DNA of 37,123 nt from a virus (lineage: Duplodnaviria > Caudoviricetes): the IMG/VR virus record IMGVR_UViG_3300025174_001223, positions 1-37,123 of that record. The stretch is one strand, 5' to 3'. The notes under the pieces are model-generated. The model worked only from the letters and a program-made list of their open reading frames with translations, was not told where the DNA came from and searched no databases. A program made the translations under genes and the position numbers. Positions 34,659 to 37,123 of the stretch are shown here, one piece after another (positions within the stretch are counted from its first letter, which is position 1; each line of letters opens with the position of its first letter).

Positions 34659-35085
34659 GGCGACCTCCCGCCTTGAACTTCGCGTGCTGCTTGGCGTCGA
34701 GCACGCACTCGAACGCGTTCACAACCTCGTAGCCGGTGTGCCATTCCTTGCTGGGGGATGGCTTGCCGGGGTGCTCGAGGGCCACATGCTCTCGGGCCGC
34801 CACGCCCGAGTAGTCCTCTCGGACGCCGGGCAGGGCTGCCTTGCAGTGCAGGCAGTAGCGGCCAGGAAGGCGCAGGACCTTGTAGTGCAGGTCCTCCTGC
34901 TGATATGCCTTCAGGGTCAGCACGTCGGCCTCCAGCGTCATCCATCCCTGCTCGATGGCCTTGGCGACGAGATCCGGGCTGAACTGCTGCTCCGCGCGCG
35001 TCCCCGTATCGAGGACCTCTACACCGAGCAGGACCTTGCCTTCCCGCCGGCCTTCCGGGCGTTCGTAGACACGATGCATGTTCAT
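34651..35085 (-). CDS. Hypothetical protein with C2H2-like zinc finger
   Basis: AAGGAGG SD; CLHC...HVALEH. Confidence 0.75.
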   Translation of the reverse strand: MNMHRVYERPEGRREGKVLLGVEVLDTGTRAEQQFSPDLVAKAIEQGWMTLEADVLTLKAYQQEDLHYKVLRLPGRYCLHCKAALPGVREDYSGVAAREHVALEHPGKPSPSKEWHTGYEVVNAFECVLDAKQHAKFKAGGRRG

Positions 35086-35147
35086 GGGGCTATTCCTCCT
35101 TGCCTTTCAACGGGCGATTTCTAGGTTCACTGTCTGCACGGGCACGG

Positions 35148-36833
35148 TCACTTCTCCTTGGCTGGCGGGATTATAGACGGCTGGATGATCACCTGCGGGG
35201 GCGGAGCCTCCTTGAGCGTCTTGATGAGCGCTCCGACCTCCACCAGCAGGCCAGTCACGGCCTGTGACGTGCCAACCTGCCCAGCCAGCATCTTCTCGAG
35301 CACTGGCGCTAGGGCCTCCGAGCGCTGGTTCGTCCTGAGCGAGTGGACGATGGCCGCCAGTGGCAGCATAGCCTGCAGGTCGGCCCGGAAGTCCGGGGCC
35401 AACATGTCCTTCTTGGCCGCCCCGATGCTCCGGGTCGGCTTGGGGACGTTGGCCTGGGACGTCCGGCCACCGGGCGTCTGCCGTGTCTCGGCGTTCACCT
35501 CGGCGTTTAGCCGCAGGTTCTCCTCTGCTCGCACCCGGGCCTCCTCCTCGCTCTTCTCGATCACGGGGAGCAAATCCTTGTCATAGTCCCCGTCCTTGAT
35601 GGCCATCAGCCGGGCCACCTCGGGCGTGATCTCGCCCGACTTGATCATGGATGCTCGAGTTTCAGCCCGCAGGCGCCGGATCTTTTCGTGGTTCCCCTCA
35701 TCCTCGAGGTCCATCTCCCGAAAGTTGAACTTCGCTAGGGGCGTCGGCACGATGCCCCGGAAGTTCATAGCATATTCCACGCTAGACATGAACAGCCGGG
35801 GGCCTTTCCCCTTCGTCTTGGCCGCCATCACTTCGGACTGCCCCGAGGATCCGAGGTTGCCGCCGGGCAGAGGGGCGAAGTCCTGGTAGTCCCGCCCGAA
35901 GCAGGCGGCGATGGTGGTGATGTACCACTTCATCTCATCTTCGAGGTCGAAGTTGTCGGGCAGGCTGGCCAGCGGGATCTCGACGTGGCTCACGGGCTTC
36001 GAAGGATCGAGCGAGGCTAGGATGGTCGGCAGTTGGAAGCGGACCAGCCCTTGGTTGTCGGCATCCTCGTCGCCCATCTGTAGCGCCCGCCTGATGTCCT
36101 GCTTGGCCGGCCCGCCCACGATGTGTAGCACGCGCTGGAACCGGCCGCCGACCTTCTCGCCCCGGTAGATGATGATGTCCCGCATGATCTGGGAGGCGGC
36201 GAGAACCCGGCTGACGGCGGAGTACTGCATGCCGCGCATGGTAGAGATGCTGGACGGCATCTCTATTAGGCGGGCGACGTCGTAGTAGTTCAGGAGGTGG
36301 CGGCCGCCGTGCTCATCCTCGTACACGACCGGCGTCCTGGGGTTGCCGGTGGGGGTGCATCGCAACGCCTCGAGCACCGCAATGCCGAGCACAGGTGCGG
36401 ACGGCGATGCGCCATCTCGGATGATCTCGACGTAGGCCCCGCGGTCCTGCGTCAAGTAGTCTATGGTCACCATGCTGGCGAACGACGTCCAACCTTCGCC
36501 AAAGTGGGCCGTCTCGAGCATGGCCGTGACGACCTTCTTCAGTTCGTCGTCCTCGCTCTCGATTTCCCATCGATAGGAGGCGTGCGAAGCACAGACGGAA
36601 CCGACGGCACCGGCGAGGAACGGCTCCCGGATGAAGAACTCCCGGAGCATCTTGTCCCGGCGCTGGGTCTGAGTCCCCCACGGCGGGAGGGAATCGGCCA
36701 CGGAGGCGATGTACATGATGATGCTATCGGTGGGCTGCGTCGCCTGCGAGGCCTCGGGGATGGTCTGGACAGTGGCCCGCACCGACTCGAGCATAGTCTC
36801 GGGCGTGATGGCTGCGGGCGGATTATCTGGCAT
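35148..36833 (-). CDS. Portal protein
   Basis: 561 aa at the start of the head module; DYLTQDRGAYVEIIRD, IAACFG, GEITPEVAR patterns. Confidence 0.88.
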   Translation of the reverse strand: MPDNPPAAITPETMLESVRATVQTIPEASQATQPTDSIIMYIASVADSLPPWGTQTQRRDKMLREFFIREPFLAGAVGSVCASHASYRWEIESEDDELKKVVTAMLETAHFGEGWTSFASMVTIDYLTQDRGAYVEIIRDGASPSAPVLGIAVLEALRCTPTGNPRTPVVYEDEHGGRHLLNYYDVARLIEMPSSISTMRGMQYSAVSRVLAASQIMRDIIIYRGEKVGGRFQRVLHIVGGPAKQDIRRALQMGDEDADNQGLVRFQLPTILASLDPSKPVSHVEIPLASLPDNFDLEDEMKWYITTIAACFGRDYQDFAPLPGGNLGSSGQSEVMAAKTKGKGPRLFMSSVEYAMNFRGIVPTPLAKFNFREMDLEDEGNHEKIRRLRAETRASMIKSGEITPEVARLMAIKDGDYDKDLLPVIEKSEEEARVRAEENLRLNAEVNAETRQTPGGRTSQANVPKPTRSIGAAKKDMLAPDFRADLQAMLPLAAIVHSLRTNQRSEALAPVLEKMLAGQVGTSQAVTGLLVEVGALIKTLKEAPPPQVIIQPSIIPPAKEK

Positions 36834-36842
36834 GCGACCCTC

Positions 36843-37115
36843 CTAGGCTTGGAGCCACGAGTACACCACCTTGCCATCCTGGCCCTGCAGCCGGGTCGCC
36901 ACCTGGCTACCCCGCCTGTTCTCGATCCATACCTTCAGGCGCGGAGGCATGCGATAGACGATCGCCGCCCATCGGCTCGGCACCGGATCTTCGGCGAGTA
37001 GGAGTTTGCCGGGCATGCAGTCCTGCGCGTGCTGGTAGTTGTCGCCGCGCTTGACCAGCGTCCCGTTGGTCTTTCCGCACTTTCCGCACGCCACTGCAGT
37101 ATAGAGCCGCTGCAC
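36843..37115 (-). CDS. Small zinc-binding hypothetical protein
   Basis: CGKCG...H..DC; directly upstream of portal. Confidence 0.65.
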   Translation of the reverse strand: MQRLYTAVACGKCGKTNGTLVKRGDNYQHAQDCMPGKLLLAEDPVPSRWAAIVYRMPPRLKVWIENRRGSQVATRLQGQDGKVVYSWLQA

Positions 37116-37123
37116 CGCCTTCA

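Larger units (their letters stand above)
1..37123. mobile_element. Tailed phage/prophage genome segment (siphovirus-like), early arm plus nearly complete morphogenesis and lysis arm
   Basis: Portal-protease-capsid-neck-tail tube-chaperone-tape measure-tail tip-endolysin order on the minus strand, tight ATGA/TGATG gene overlaps, no housekeeping genes. Confidence 0.96.

Noticed and set aside
1-37123. Gene transfer agent, tailocin, tRNA genes or att sites
   Set aside because: Early DNA-metabolism genes plus a full head module and no sheath fit a true phage; no tRNA cloverleaf or integrase was seen

Overview
The whole window is a high-GC tailed phage or prophage segment, siphovirus-like because it has a tape measure and tail tube but no sheath gene. 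No terminase or integrase is in view. A short rightward early/DNA-metabolism arm (1-3486) holds a C5 DNA methyltransferase with an overlapping second-frame ORF, a DEDD exonuclease, an LmbU-like regulator, RecU and HTH/Zn proteins. It converges on a long leftward late arm: portal, a MuF-like mosaic protein, protease/scaffold, major capsid, a glycosylation cassette, neck, tail tube, chaperones, tape measure, tail tip proteins, a Maf/DUF115-like transferase, endolysin, holin-like proteins, and an LCP plus lipoprotein cassette. The main candidate system is a phage-encoded glycan machinery. A methyltransferase, HddA-like sugar kinase, GT2, NDP-sugar epimerase and a triple GT4-GT2-GT2 enzyme sit directly between the capsid and neck genes behind a structured RNA leader. 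A Maf-like transferase and an apparently separately promoted LCP ligase lie further downstream. Other signals: three exact copies of a 16-bp palindrome, peptide segments shared between unrelated virion genes, a probable +1 tail-chaperone frameshift and a tail tube fused to an Asp-box propeller. All family calls come from motif recognition by eye; no searches were run. A Chloroflexota-like host is only a guess.
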